Positions 52,613 to 60,769 of a stretch of DNA of 64,000 nucleotides are shown in pieces (within the stretch, counting starts at the first letter, position 1; each line of letters begins with the position of its first letter). The position numbers and the translations under genes are program-made. A model generated the notes under the pieces. It worked only from the letters and a program-made list of their open reading frames with translations. It did no database searches and was not told the DNA's origin. Location of the stretch: assembly GCA_040882055.1 (NCBI GenBank), contig JBBECA010000065.1, positions 19,457 through 83,456 of the forward strand, written 5' to 3'. Origin of the DNA: Nitriliruptor sp. (lineage in GTDB: Bacteria > Actinomycetota > Nitriliruptoria > Nitriliruptorales > Nitriliruptoraceae).

Positions 52613-54214
52613 GTGCCTCCACGGGACGCGGCAACAGAGGAGCAGGTGGTCCGACCGTGGCGCTCCCTGCGGGTCCGCGTACCGCTGACCGCCATCCTGG
52701 TGTTCGCGGTCAGCCTCGCGGTCGCCACCGCGCTGGCCTACGAGCTGCTGCTGCAAGCCTCGCTCGACGACATCGACGTCGTGCTCGACCGCGAACGCGA
52801 ACGCTTCGACACCTCGATGGCGACGCTGCTCGATGAGGAGGTGGCGGCGCTCGAGGAGGAAGCCGCGGAGGCCGCGGCGGCCGCCGACGGCGCCGGTGAG
52901 AACCCGGAGGGCGCGGCACCGCCGACGGGGGTGGACGGGGTCGAGGCCCTGCGACGGGCGTCGCGGCGTTACCTCCAGCTCAACCCCGCCACCGAGTCGT
53001 ACTGGACCATCATCCGGACCGACGGCAGCGCGCCGCTGGCGTCAGCGAGCGGACCGACCGCGCTCGAGGAGCTGTTCCGGACGGATCAGCTCCCCGAGGG
53101 CACGCTGGGCCGACGCGAGACGATCGCGTCCGACGCGGGCGACATCCGATCCTCCTCCGCACCGATCGTGCTCAACGGCGAACGGATCGGCAGCTACCAG
53201 ATCGTCGCACCCCTGGCTCCGGTGCGCGCCCAGGCGCTCACCGCCGCCGGCCTGGTCGCCGCCGCCGCCGCGGTGTCGCTGCTCATCGGTGCGGTCCTGC
53301 TCACCACCGCCCTGCGGCGCTCGCTCGCCCCGCTGCAGGGACTGGCCAGCGCCGCCCGTTCCACCGAGCTCCGTTCCCTCCACGGCCGGGTCGCCGTGCC
53401 CGAGACCGAGGACGAGGTGGGCGTCCTCGCCCGTGAGTTCAACTCCATGCTCGACCGGATCGAGCGGGCATCCAGCGGCCAGACCGAGTTCATGGCATCG
53501 ATCTCCCACGAGCTGCGGACCCCCATCACCATCGCCCGCGGGCACCTCGAGATGCTGCGCACCATCGGTCGGGACGACCCCGAGGCGCTCCGTGAGACGA
53601 TCGAGGTCGTCGAGGACGAGCTGCACCGGATGGGCCGGCTCGTCGAGGACCTGATGGCCATCGCCCGGTCCGGCATGGAGGGGTTCGTCCGACCCCGCGA
53701 GCTCGAGCTCGTCGCCTTCTTCGAGGACCTCGAGCTCAAGATCGGTGGCCTGCGGATCGAGCACGTCCGAATCGAGCCTCCACCCCCGGTGCTGCTCGAC
53801 GCCGACCCCGACCGTCTCGCGCAGGCGGTCCTCAACCTGGTCACCAACGCCCACGTCCACACCCCCGCCGACACACGCATCACGGTCCGGGCCGTCGAAG
53901 CCCGCGGCGAGGTCGTCCTCGTGGTCGACGACCGAGGTCCGGGGATCCCGGAGTCCATCCGCGACGAGGTCTTCGCCCCCTTCGTTCGTTCAGGGGATGC
54001 GCCGGGCTCCACCGGGCTCGGGCTCGCGGTCGTCCAGGCGGTCGTCGACGCCCACGGAGGCTGGGTCGAGCTCGACACCGGGGCCGACGGCACCCGCTTC
54101 CAGCTCCACCTCCCCCACGCCGGGGCCTCGGACGCTCCGGAAGCAGGGGAAGCTGCCGCCAGCGCCGACCCGACCGAGCGCGGCGCCATCGCGACCACCG
54201 CTCCGGTCGACTGA
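52613..54214 (+). CDS. Membrane sensor histidine kinase (HAMP-HisKA-HATPase)
   Basis: Two TMs, HAMP DEVGVLAREFNSML, ISHELRTPI, NLVTNA, DRGPGIP, STGLGL. Confidence 0.95.
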   Translation: MPPRDAATEEQVVRPWRSLRVRVPLTAILVFAVSLAVATALAYELLLQASLDDIDVVLDRERERFDTSMATLLDEEVAALEEEAAEAAAAADGAGENPEGAAPPTGVDGVEALRRASRRYLQLNPATESYWTIIRTDGSAPLASASGPTALEELFRTDQLPEGTLGRRETIASDAGDIRSSSAPIVLNGERIGSYQIVAPLAPVRAQALTAAGLVAAAAAVSLLIGAVLLTTALRRSLAPLQGLASAARSTELRSLHGRVAVPETEDEVGVLAREFNSMLDRIERASSGQTEFMASISHELRTPITIARGHLEMLRTIGRDDPEALRETIEVVEDELHRMGRLVEDLMAIARSGMEGFVRPRELELVAFFEDLELKIGGLRIEHVRIEPPPPVLLDADPDRLAQAVLNLVTNAHVHTPADTRITVRAVEARGEVVLVVDDRGPGIPESIRDEVFAPFVRSGDAPGSTGLGLAVVQAVVDAHGGWVELDTGADGTRFQLHLPHAGASDAPEAGEAAASADPTERGAIATTAPVD

Positions 54215-54254
54215 AGGGCGGAGCCCCACGATCGCGCAGACCTAGACTGCCGCC

Positions 54255-55550
54255 ATGAGCCACCGTCCGCTGATCGCCCTGCTCGCGGCCGCGTTCGTCG
54301 CAGGACTCGTCGCGGCGTCGACGGTGGCGGTGGTGCAGTCCCGACGCGCGACCGCCGAGGCCGAACGCGCCGCCGAACTGGCCGAACAGGTCGAGCGACT
54401 CGAGCAGCGGGTGGCCGCGCTCGAGGCGTCCGAGGCGTCCGACGTCTCCCCCCTCGACGAGCTCCTCGGTGGCGAGCTGAGCGAGCTGTTCGACGGGATG
54501 CTCGGCGGTGGCGGCGGTGACGTCGACGGCCTCCTCCATGCCGACCTCGACCCCGAGGAGCTCGCGGCACGCGCCGACGTGCTGGTCGCGCTCCGGGCGA
54601 TCCCCGCCGGGTCGGACCTGGCCGAGCTCCAGCGCGAGCTCCTCGAGGGGCAGGTCGCCGGCTACTACGCCACCGAGGAGGATCAGCTCGTGGTCCGCAC
54701 CCCCGAGGGCACGGTCCGGCCGCTCGACCCGATCACCCTCGCCCACGAGCTCGACCACGCCCTCGTCGACCAGGTCGTCGGCCTCCCCGACCTCGACGAG
54801 CTGGACACCGACGCGACGCTCGCGCGGCTGGCCGTCGTCGAGGGCGACGCGACCCTGCTGATGCACCTGTGGACCCTCGAGCACCTCTCGTTCACCGACC
54901 AGCTCGGGATGCTCGGCGCCGGCGACATCGACGCTCAGCAGGCGCAGCTCGAGACCTTCCCCCACCACCTGCAACGTGAGCTCGTCTTCCCCTACACCGC
55001 GGGTCTCGCTCTCGTCTGCGAGCGCTGGCTCGCGGGAGGCTGGGACGCGGTCGACGCCACCTACGCCGACCCGCCACTGACCTCCGCCGGCGTGCTGTTC
55101 CCCGAACGTGCCGGCGAGGCACCCGCCCCCGTGCCGGCGCTGACGGCACCCGACGGTCCGGACGAGCGGTTCACCGACACCTTCGGCGCAGCCGAGCTGC
55201 TGTGGCTCCTCGAAGCGCCCGGCGGCGACACCGGGGCGGCCCTCGACGGGCCCGCGGCCCGTGCCGCCGCGTGGGCGGGCGGCGAGGTCCGCCTGTGGGA
55301 CGTGGACGGCGAGCGGGCAGTCGGGCTGTCCCTCGCAGAACGCGACGCCGACGATCCCGACCTGTGCGGGTCCGTGACCGACTGGTACGGAACCGCCGCA
55401 CCGGCCGCCACCCGGACGGGATCCGGTCGACTCGCGAGGTTCAGCGAGGGCGACGAGGTGGCGGTCATCCGCTGCGACGCTGACGGGGTCCGGCTGGCCG
55501 TCGCCCCCACCGCAGCGCTCGCCGACGCGGTCGTCGGTGCCGGGCGGTGA
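54255..55550 (+). CDS. Secreted/anchored putative zinc metallopeptidase (HExxH)
   Basis: Signal/TM plus coiled coil, VAGYY, LAHELDHAL, EGDA, FPY.AG; TAGACT -10 lies 6 nt upstream (leaderless). Confidence 0.7.
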   Translation: MSHRPLIALLAAAFVAGLVAASTVAVVQSRRATAEAERAAELAEQVERLEQRVAALEASEASDVSPLDELLGGELSELFDGMLGGGGGDVDGLLHADLDPEELAARADVLVALRAIPAGSDLAELQRELLEGQVAGYYATEEDQLVVRTPEGTVRPLDPITLAHELDHALVDQVVGLPDLDELDTDATLARLAVVEGDATLLMHLWTLEHLSFTDQLGMLGAGDIDAQQAQLETFPHHLQRELVFPYTAGLALVCERWLAGGWDAVDATYADPPLTSAGVLFPERAGEAPAPVPALTAPDGPDERFTDTFGAAELLWLLEAPGGDTGAALDGPAARAAAWAGGEVRLWDVDGERAVGLSLAERDADDPDLCGSVTDWYGTAAPAATRTGSGRLARFSEGDEVAVIRCDADGVRLAVAPTAALADAVVGAGR

Positions 55551-55891
55551 GGAGGTCAGCCGACGAACTCGCCGCACGGGTCCTGGCAGACCGGGATCGT
55601 GCGCTGGCACGCATCGCCGCGCTCGAGCGTGATCTCGCGGTGCTGTTCGAGGCGACGCAGGACGCGCCAGACGACGAGCACGACCCCGAGGGCGCCACCA
55701 TCGGCTTCGAACGTGCGCAGGTCACGGCGCTGCTGACGGCCGCGCGAGCGCACCTCGCGGAGCTCGACGACATCGCTGCCCGGGTCGCGGACGGCACCTA
55801 CGGGACCTGCGAGCGCTGCGGGACCGCGATCGCGGCCGAGCGGCTCGAGGCGCGACCGACCGCCCGTCGCTGCGTCGCCTGCGCCGACTGA
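55547..55891 (+). CDS. TraR/DksA C4 zinc-finger protein
   Basis: DDEHDPEGATIGFER, GTYGTCERCG..ERLEARPTARRCVAC; GTGA overlap. Confidence 0.92.
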   Translation: MRRSADELAARVLADRDRALARIAALERDLAVLFEATQDAPDDEHDPEGATIGFERAQVTALLTAARAHLAELDDIAARVADGTYGTCERCGTAIAAERLEARPTARRCVACAD

Positions 55892-55944
55892 TCACCCCGA
55901 CGCTGCCGACGGCGCCGCAGGGCGCGCGAGATCGCGCGGCGGGT

Positions 55945-55959
55945 TCAACCGCGGGTGAG
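55945..55959. repeat. Left copy of the near-palindromic 15-bp direct repeat bounding the TA islet
   Basis: TCAACCGCGGGTGAG, versus TCAACCGCGGGTCAG at 60318. Confidence 0.5.
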
Positions 55960-56120
55960 TTCGGCAGCGGGTGTTGATGGGATAGGCCCCAACCCGGCAT
56001 GTGCATAGCGGGCGTTGGTTGCCAGTACGGAGGGAGCGCGCCGGAGGCTGTGCTCGCTTCTGGCACCACGTCCTCGGGCCACCGTGTCCATCCACATCAT
56101 CGCGACTGGGGAACGGTTCG

Positions 56121-56459
56121 TCAGAGGTCCAGGAGGTCGGCGAGGACCTCGCGCATCTGGTTCAGCACCTGCGGGCCGACGTTGCCGACCGGTTCAGCGA
56201 GCCGTTCGACGGCGATCGCCCTGATGTGCTGACACTGAGCTGCCGAGACGACCTCGAGGCCGTTGTCCGGATCCGGCTCGATGGTCACCTCGACTCGGTA
56301 GCGACGCAGCCTGGAGGTCAGCGGTACGACCTGGGCCACGCTCGGCCCCTGGTCGAGTACCACCTGCGCGGTCACGACCACGACGGGCCGTGCGAAACCA
56401 GCTTCCCGCCCCTGCGGCTCGCCCAGGTCTGCGAGCTGGACGTCACCGCAACGACGCAT
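56121..56459 (-). CDS. Type II toxin, PemK/MazF family endoribonuclease
   Basis: GDV.LADLGEPQGREAGFARPVVVV, VVPLTS, NGL...AQCQHIRAI. Confidence 0.9.
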   Translation of the reverse strand: MRRCGDVQLADLGEPQGREAGFARPVVVVTAQVVLDQGPSVAQVVPLTSRLRRYRVEVTIEPDPDNGLEVVSAAQCQHIRAIAVERLAEPVGNVGPQVLNQMREVLADLLDL

Positions 56460-56640
56460 CGAGCCACTCGGTTTCACCGTCGTCGAGCGGTGCCGCGAGC
56501 TGCTCGCCCATCTCCTTCTGACGAAGCGCCCGCAGTGCTGCCGCGGCAACCTCATCGATGGTCGCGCCACGCCGTTGCGCCTCACGGCGGAACCCGTCGT
56601 GGGTGCGGTCAGAGACCCGGAGCATCTTCGTGGCAGCCAT
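56443..56640 (-). CDS. Putative antitoxin (RHH-like) of the MazF-type toxin
   Basis: 65 aa, upstream of and overlapping the toxin; TATACT -10 lies 6 nt upstream of the ATG. Confidence 0.8.
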   Translation of the reverse strand: MAATKMLRVSDRTHDGFRREAQRRGATIDEVAAAALRALRQKEMGEQLAAPLDDGETEWLDASLR

Positions 56641-56760
56641 GACGGAAGTATACGGAACCGTAGACGACCGTCCAGTGCGCTGCTGCGCAGCGCACCGCTG
56701 GCGGCACCAGTGCAGGTGCGTTCTCTACCGTGCGTGGGGCGAGATTCGGCACCGCCGGCC

Positions 56761-57735
56761 TCACCCGGTGGGTGGCTGGACGCCGGTTCTCGTGCGCCAG
56801 CGTCGCCAGAGCAGGTCGAGTGCCCACGCAAAACCCGCCATCACGATCAGCATGCGGCCGGTGATGGGACTTTCGGACGGCGGCTCTGGGCCGGCAGTGG
56901 CCCTGACGGGGTCGCTCTGGACGATGGTGACGGCCTGCTGGGGGATGGACCGCTCCTGCAGCCAGTCCCGGACACCGCGCTCGTTCCGTGCCGGGTCCTC
57001 CACACCGACGACCACCCGGTTGATCCGCTCATCTGCGTCGGAGAAGACCACGCCCGGCAGGCCGTGGACGTCTGCGACCGCGGTGAACCAGTCGTGCAAC
57101 TGGATCCAGGTGAAGGTGGCCTCGTGCACGACCACAAGTTCCTGGTCGAAGCCGGCTCCCAGCAGTTCGACCAGGAGCGCTCGCGCCTGTCCTTCGGCTT
57201 CCTCGCTCGCCTCAGCCAGCCACAGGTGCAGGGTCCCGCCGTCGCGCCCAGCGTCGTGGCCGCCCTCCACCCAAGCGCCACCGAAGCCGGGAACCTGCTC
57301 GGCGACAAGACGGTACTCGTGGTCCGGACTACCCCGCGTCGCGACACCGGTCTCCGCCGTTGCCTCCTGGCTGGTCAGCCGTACCGACCCCGAGCACACG
57401 GAGGTGTCCAGCGGAGCATCCCTCCCAGCATGCATCGCGTAGATGCGCCAAACCTCTCCTGCTCGCGGGGCGATCCCTTCAGACATCGTCATCACGAGGC
57501 CGTCCCCCTGGGAGCTCGTCCCGGTGGTGACCTCGACCACGTCAGGTACCTCCCCCTTGAGCAGATCCGTCATCTCGAAGCGCGCGGGCGACAGCAGCGT
57601 CCCGTCGCCAGCCTGCGAGCCCCGGAGCGCCCGACCCTCGAAGACGACGTCCGCCGACTCAAGGTGCTGTGCCTGCGACACCGCGGCACAGGCGGCCCAC
57701 GCAGACGTCGCGGTCGCAAACAGACCGGACGTCAC
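56761..57735 (-). CDS. Exported protein with TIMP/NTR-like and alpha-lytic-prodomain-like regions and a C-terminal TM; 5' end possibly truncated
   Basis: AWAAC...ADVVFEG...KG..V.T...CSGS; ATFTWIQL...DERINRVVVGV; C-terminal hydrophobic helix followed by RRWR. Confidence 0.55.
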   Translation of the reverse strand: MTSGLFATATSAWAACAAVSQAQHLESADVVFEGRALRGSQAGDGTLLSPARFEMTDLLKGEVPDVVEVTTGTSSQGDGLVMTMSEGIAPRAGEVWRIYAMHAGRDAPLDTSVCSGSVRLTSQEATAETGVATRGSPDHEYRLVAEQVPGFGGAWVEGGHDAGRDGGTLHLWLAEASEEAEGQARALLVELLGAGFDQELVVVHEATFTWIQLHDWFTAVADVHGLPGVVFSDADERINRVVVGVEDPARNERGVRDWLQERSIPQQAVTIVQSDPVRATAGPEPPSESPITGRMLIVMAGFAWALDLLWRRWRTRTGVQPPTG

Positions 57736-57747
57736 CGCAGCGCCTTC

Positions 57748-57763
57748 GATATCATACGATACC
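57748..57763 (+). promoter_or_regulatory. vapBC promoter/operator
   Basis: GATATC-N4-GATACC repeats overlapping a TACGAT -10; GGAGG RBS downstream. Confidence 0.55.
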
Positions 57764-57782
57764 ACCGACGGAGGTGTCACGC

Positions 57783-58004
57783 ATGACCGACGTGCTGATC
57801 CGCGACGTTCCCGAGGACGTCGTCTCCGCCATCGAGGCGAAGGCCAAGCGTCTCGGTCTGTCGCGGACCGAGTACCTCCGCCGGCAGATGCTGCGTGTCG
57901 CCTCGACATCTGATGAGCCCGTCAGCGTCGAGTCGCTCCGTCAGTTCGCCCAGACCTTCGCCGACCTCGGTGACCCCGAGATCATGCGGGGGGCCTGGGA
58001 GTGA
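57783..58004 (+). CDS. vapB: VapB-type RHH antitoxin
   Basis: [13 protein letters not shown]...[14 protein letters not shown]...[10 protein letters not shown]; GTGA overlap with the toxin. Confidence 0.9.
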   Translation: MTDVLIRDVPEDVVSAIEAKAKRLGLSRTEYLRRQMLRVASTSDEPVSVESLRQFAQTFADLGDPEIMRGAWE

Positions 58005-58411
58005 CCGACTGGCTGATCGACAAGTCCGCCCTGGTCCGTCTCGGCGACGCCGTCGATGGGCAGACGTGGGCTGAGCGGATCGAACGCGGTCTGGTGCGTG
58101 TCAGCACCGTCACACGGCTGGAGATCGGGTACAGCGCGCGTACCGGAGATGAGCTGCGGGCGGGTCTGCGGAGGCCACCATTGGCCTCCATGCCGGTGGA
58201 GTACCTGACGCCAGCCATCGAGGACCGCGCCGTCGAGGTCCAGCAACTGCTCGCCGACCGTGGACACCACCGAGCTCCGGCTGTGCCCGATCTCCTGATT
58301 GCGGCGACCGCCGAGCTGGCGGGCCTCGCGGTCCTCCACCAGGACAAGGACTTCGACATCATCGCGGACGTGACCGGCCAGCAGCTCGAGCGGCTCCATC
58401 TCGACGAGTAG
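58001..58411 (+). CDS. vapC: VapC PIN-domain ribonuclease toxin
   Basis: [33 protein letters not shown]. Confidence 0.93.
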   Translation: MTDWLIDKSALVRLGDAVDGQTWAERIERGLVRVSTVTRLEIGYSARTGDELRAGLRRPPLASMPVEYLTPAIEDRAVEVQQLLADRGHHRAPAVPDLLIAATAELAGLAVLHQDKDFDIIADVTGQQLERLHLDE

Positions 58412-58525
58412 CGGTAGCGGGCGTTGTGACGCGGATGGAGACCGTCGGCTCTGCGCTGCTTCTGGCGACGGGTGTCTGGGTCCAGCCAGTTCCAGAGTCC
58501 CCGTACGATGGGCTCGGGGGTGACC

Positions 58526-59395
58526 ATGCGTCGAGTCGAGCTTCGGGGGTCGTTGGTCGACCGGGTCACGCAGCGCTGGGTCATCGCCACCGGGAGAAGG
58601 GTCGACCTGGCGGGCGGGCAGAGGTGGCTCGACGGTCCCGTCGGCGACCCCGGAGGGATCGGTGACCGGTGGGTCGATGTGCATGCGGCACGTCACGGGG
58701 CGGACGTTGTGGAGGGACCGGAGCAAGGACTGTTGCCGAGGTTCGCAGCCCTGACCCCGTCGCTGGATGTCGCTGCCGTGTCGCCGCAGATCGCTGCCTT
58801 CTACGAGACGACGACCATGTGGTCGGTCGATGTGTGGTCGCGGTGGGCGCGCTGGGCCGAGCCGGGCGGAAGGCTCATCAACGCGGTGTTCGCGCGCCGG
58901 CTGCGCCAGCTGAGCCTCCCACTCGATCCTCTGGGCGTCGCCGAGGGGATGGACAGCCTCGTCGCGGCGATCGTCGCCCCCGACGGCGATCATCTCGGCA
59001 CGGTCTGGCAGCGCACCCTGCGGGCGACCGGCGCGACGGTGTTTGGGGGCTTCTACGGCGCATGCACGCTGCCCGGCGCCGCCGGCCCATCGGTGCGTGT
59101 GGTCTTCCCGCTGCCCAACGGCAGCTTGACGGTGTTCCTGCGCCCCGAGGCGACGCCCGACGGCGGCCTCGTGCTGAGTTCGGGGCCGGGCCGCTTCGGC
59201 GACGACGGCGCCTACCTGGTGGTGCGTCCCGGTGCGGCCGACCGCGGCTGGGCGCGCCGGGTCCCGCTGCACGAGCGGTTCACGCTGTCCGCCGGGCCCG
59301 ACGGTCCGGTGCGGTGCGACCACCGGATCGACCTCGGACCGCTCGAGCTCCTCCGGCTCCGCTACCGCCTCCGACGCCACCCCACCACGGACTGA
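58526..59395 (+). CDS. Conserved hypothetical protein (resembles the soluble domain found with YndJ-like proteins); start uncertain
   Basis: TQRWV..TGRR, FYE.T, RLRQLSLP, VFPLPNG, FGDDGAY. Confidence 0.65.
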   Translation: MRRVELRGSLVDRVTQRWVIATGRRVDLAGGQRWLDGPVGDPGGIGDRWVDVHAARHGADVVEGPEQGLLPRFAALTPSLDVAAVSPQIAAFYETTTMWSVDVWSRWARWAEPGGRLINAVFARRLRQLSLPLDPLGVAEGMDSLVAAIVAPDGDHLGTVWQRTLRATGATVFGGFYGACTLPGAAGPSVRVVFPLPNGSLTVFLRPEATPDGGLVLSSGPGRFGDDGAYLVVRPGAADRGWARRVPLHERFTLSAGPDGPVRCDHRIDLGPLELLRLRYRLRRHPTTD

Positions 59396-59398
59396 ACG

Positions 59399-60112
59399 AT
59401 GGCCTACGGCTTCCACCTGCTCGAGACCTCGACGGCGACCGCAGTACGGCTGCTGCTGCAACGATGGTCGCGGACCCGACCGGCCGGCCTCCACCGTGCT
59501 GAGCCGATGGCCGCGATGGAGCTCGGCACGCCGATCGTCTCGACGCGTCGGTTCCGTCCGGGTCGGGTCGCGCTGTTCGCGGCGTGGGAGTCGTTCGACG
59601 ACCTCGACGCGTGGCTCACCGAGGACGCTGTCGGTCGACGCTGGGCACAGGGCTGGCACGTGCGACTCGAGTTCCTCCGACGTTGGGGCCACGTCGCCGC
59701 GTTCGACGGCCTCCCCGAACATGCCGGCGACCACGACCCGTCGGAACCCGTCGTAGCGGTGACCCTCGCCCGGCTCAAGCTGCCTCAGGTCCCACGGTTC
59801 ATCCGCTGGGGCCGCCCGGTCGAGGCCCAGGTGCGAGACGACCCCGGACAGGTGCTCGCGCTCGCCGCGGGAGCACCACCGCGGACGGTGTCGACGTTCA
59901 CCGTGTGGCGCAGTGCGCAGGCCATGACCGACATGGTCGCGGGACGCTCCGACGCCCCCGGAGCCCACCGACACATCGAGGCGATGCAGGAACGCCGCCG
60001 TGTGGACTTCCACCGCGAGTTCACCACCCTGCGCTTCCGCTGCCTGGAGGAGCACGGGTCGTGGCGAGGCCGCACCGGCATCGTCCCCACACGACCGGGA
60101 CCGCCTGGTTGA
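59399..60112 (+). CDS. Spheroidene-monooxygenase (CrtA)-like protein
   Basis: ALFAAW, PVVAVTLARL, STFTVWRS..AM, H..AM, LRFR two-repeat pattern. Confidence 0.6.
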   Translation: MAYGFHLLETSTATAVRLLLQRWSRTRPAGLHRAEPMAAMELGTPIVSTRRFRPGRVALFAAWESFDDLDAWLTEDAVGRRWAQGWHVRLEFLRRWGHVAAFDGLPEHAGDHDPSEPVVAVTLARLKLPQVPRFIRWGRPVEAQVRDDPGQVLALAAGAPPRTVSTFTVWRSAQAMTDMVAGRSDAPGAHRHIEAMQERRRVDFHREFTTLRFRCLEEHGSWRGRTGIVPTRPGPPG

Positions 60113-60317
60113 CGAACTCGGGACGCCGGGAGCGCTCCAGGACGAGCGGCGGAGCGGTGATCAGATCACTCGCCCTCCGAGGCCCCGTGAGGAGATGGAC
60201 GCCACGACCGAGTAGATGATCCGGGCGTTGCGCACCGGTGCCAGCCCGCGTGGAGGGCGTGGCTCCGCCCAAGTCGGGGGCAGTAGTTGGGTAGGAGGTC
60301 CCGTCGAACGTGCCGAC

Positions 60318-60332
60318 TCAACCGCGGGTCAG
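60318..60332. repeat. Right copy of the 15-bp direct repeat
   Basis: TCAACCGCGGGTCAG. Confidence 0.5.
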
Positions 60333-60643
60333 CCCGGTTCGGCGGCCCGCGCCGGTGGTGGCGTCGGCATCTCGGCCAGGGCCCGCAGCTGGGCCGTCTG
60401 ATCGGGTGGGCACACCGTGTCCGGGATGCGCGACTCGACCTTGCGCACCCGCGGAGACCCGAACCGCTCCCGCATACGCAGGCGCACGCGGGCCAGCAGG
60501 CGCCGCCCCGCAGGCCACTGCGACAAGGTCAGCGCCACGCCTGCGCCGATGACCAACAGTCCCGGTCCCGGCAGCACGAGCATCGCGACTCCTGCCACGG
60601 TGAGCAGGACACCGAACCCCGCCTTCAACAGGCGCAGCACCAC
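60329..60643 (-). CDS. PGPGW-domain small membrane protein
   Basis: GVAMLVLPGPGLLVI; GTG after GGAGG. Confidence 0.75.
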   Translation of the reverse strand: MVLRLLKAGFGVLLTVAGVAMLVLPGPGLLVIGAGVALTLSQWPAGRRLLARVRLRMRERFGSPRVRKVESRIPDTVCPPDQTAQLRALAEMPTPPPARAAEPG

Positions 60644-60769
60644 ACGGTCACCTCCGGCCGACCTCACGGTCCGTGATGATGCCCGCACGGGGGCTGCAGC
60701 GGGTTGCCCGGTTCCGTCCCACCGCCCGGGGCCGCGACCGACCCACCACCGCTCCCCGCGCGCCGTCGC

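Noticed and set aside
55892-56120. Short ORFs in the AT-richer spacer left of the MazF-type gene
   Set aside because: No recognisable motifs or codon bias; possibly a gene remnant, but not supportable.
60113-60317. Small ORFs between the CrtA-like and PGPGW genes
   Set aside because: Short, without RBS or motif; treated as islet-edge remnant.
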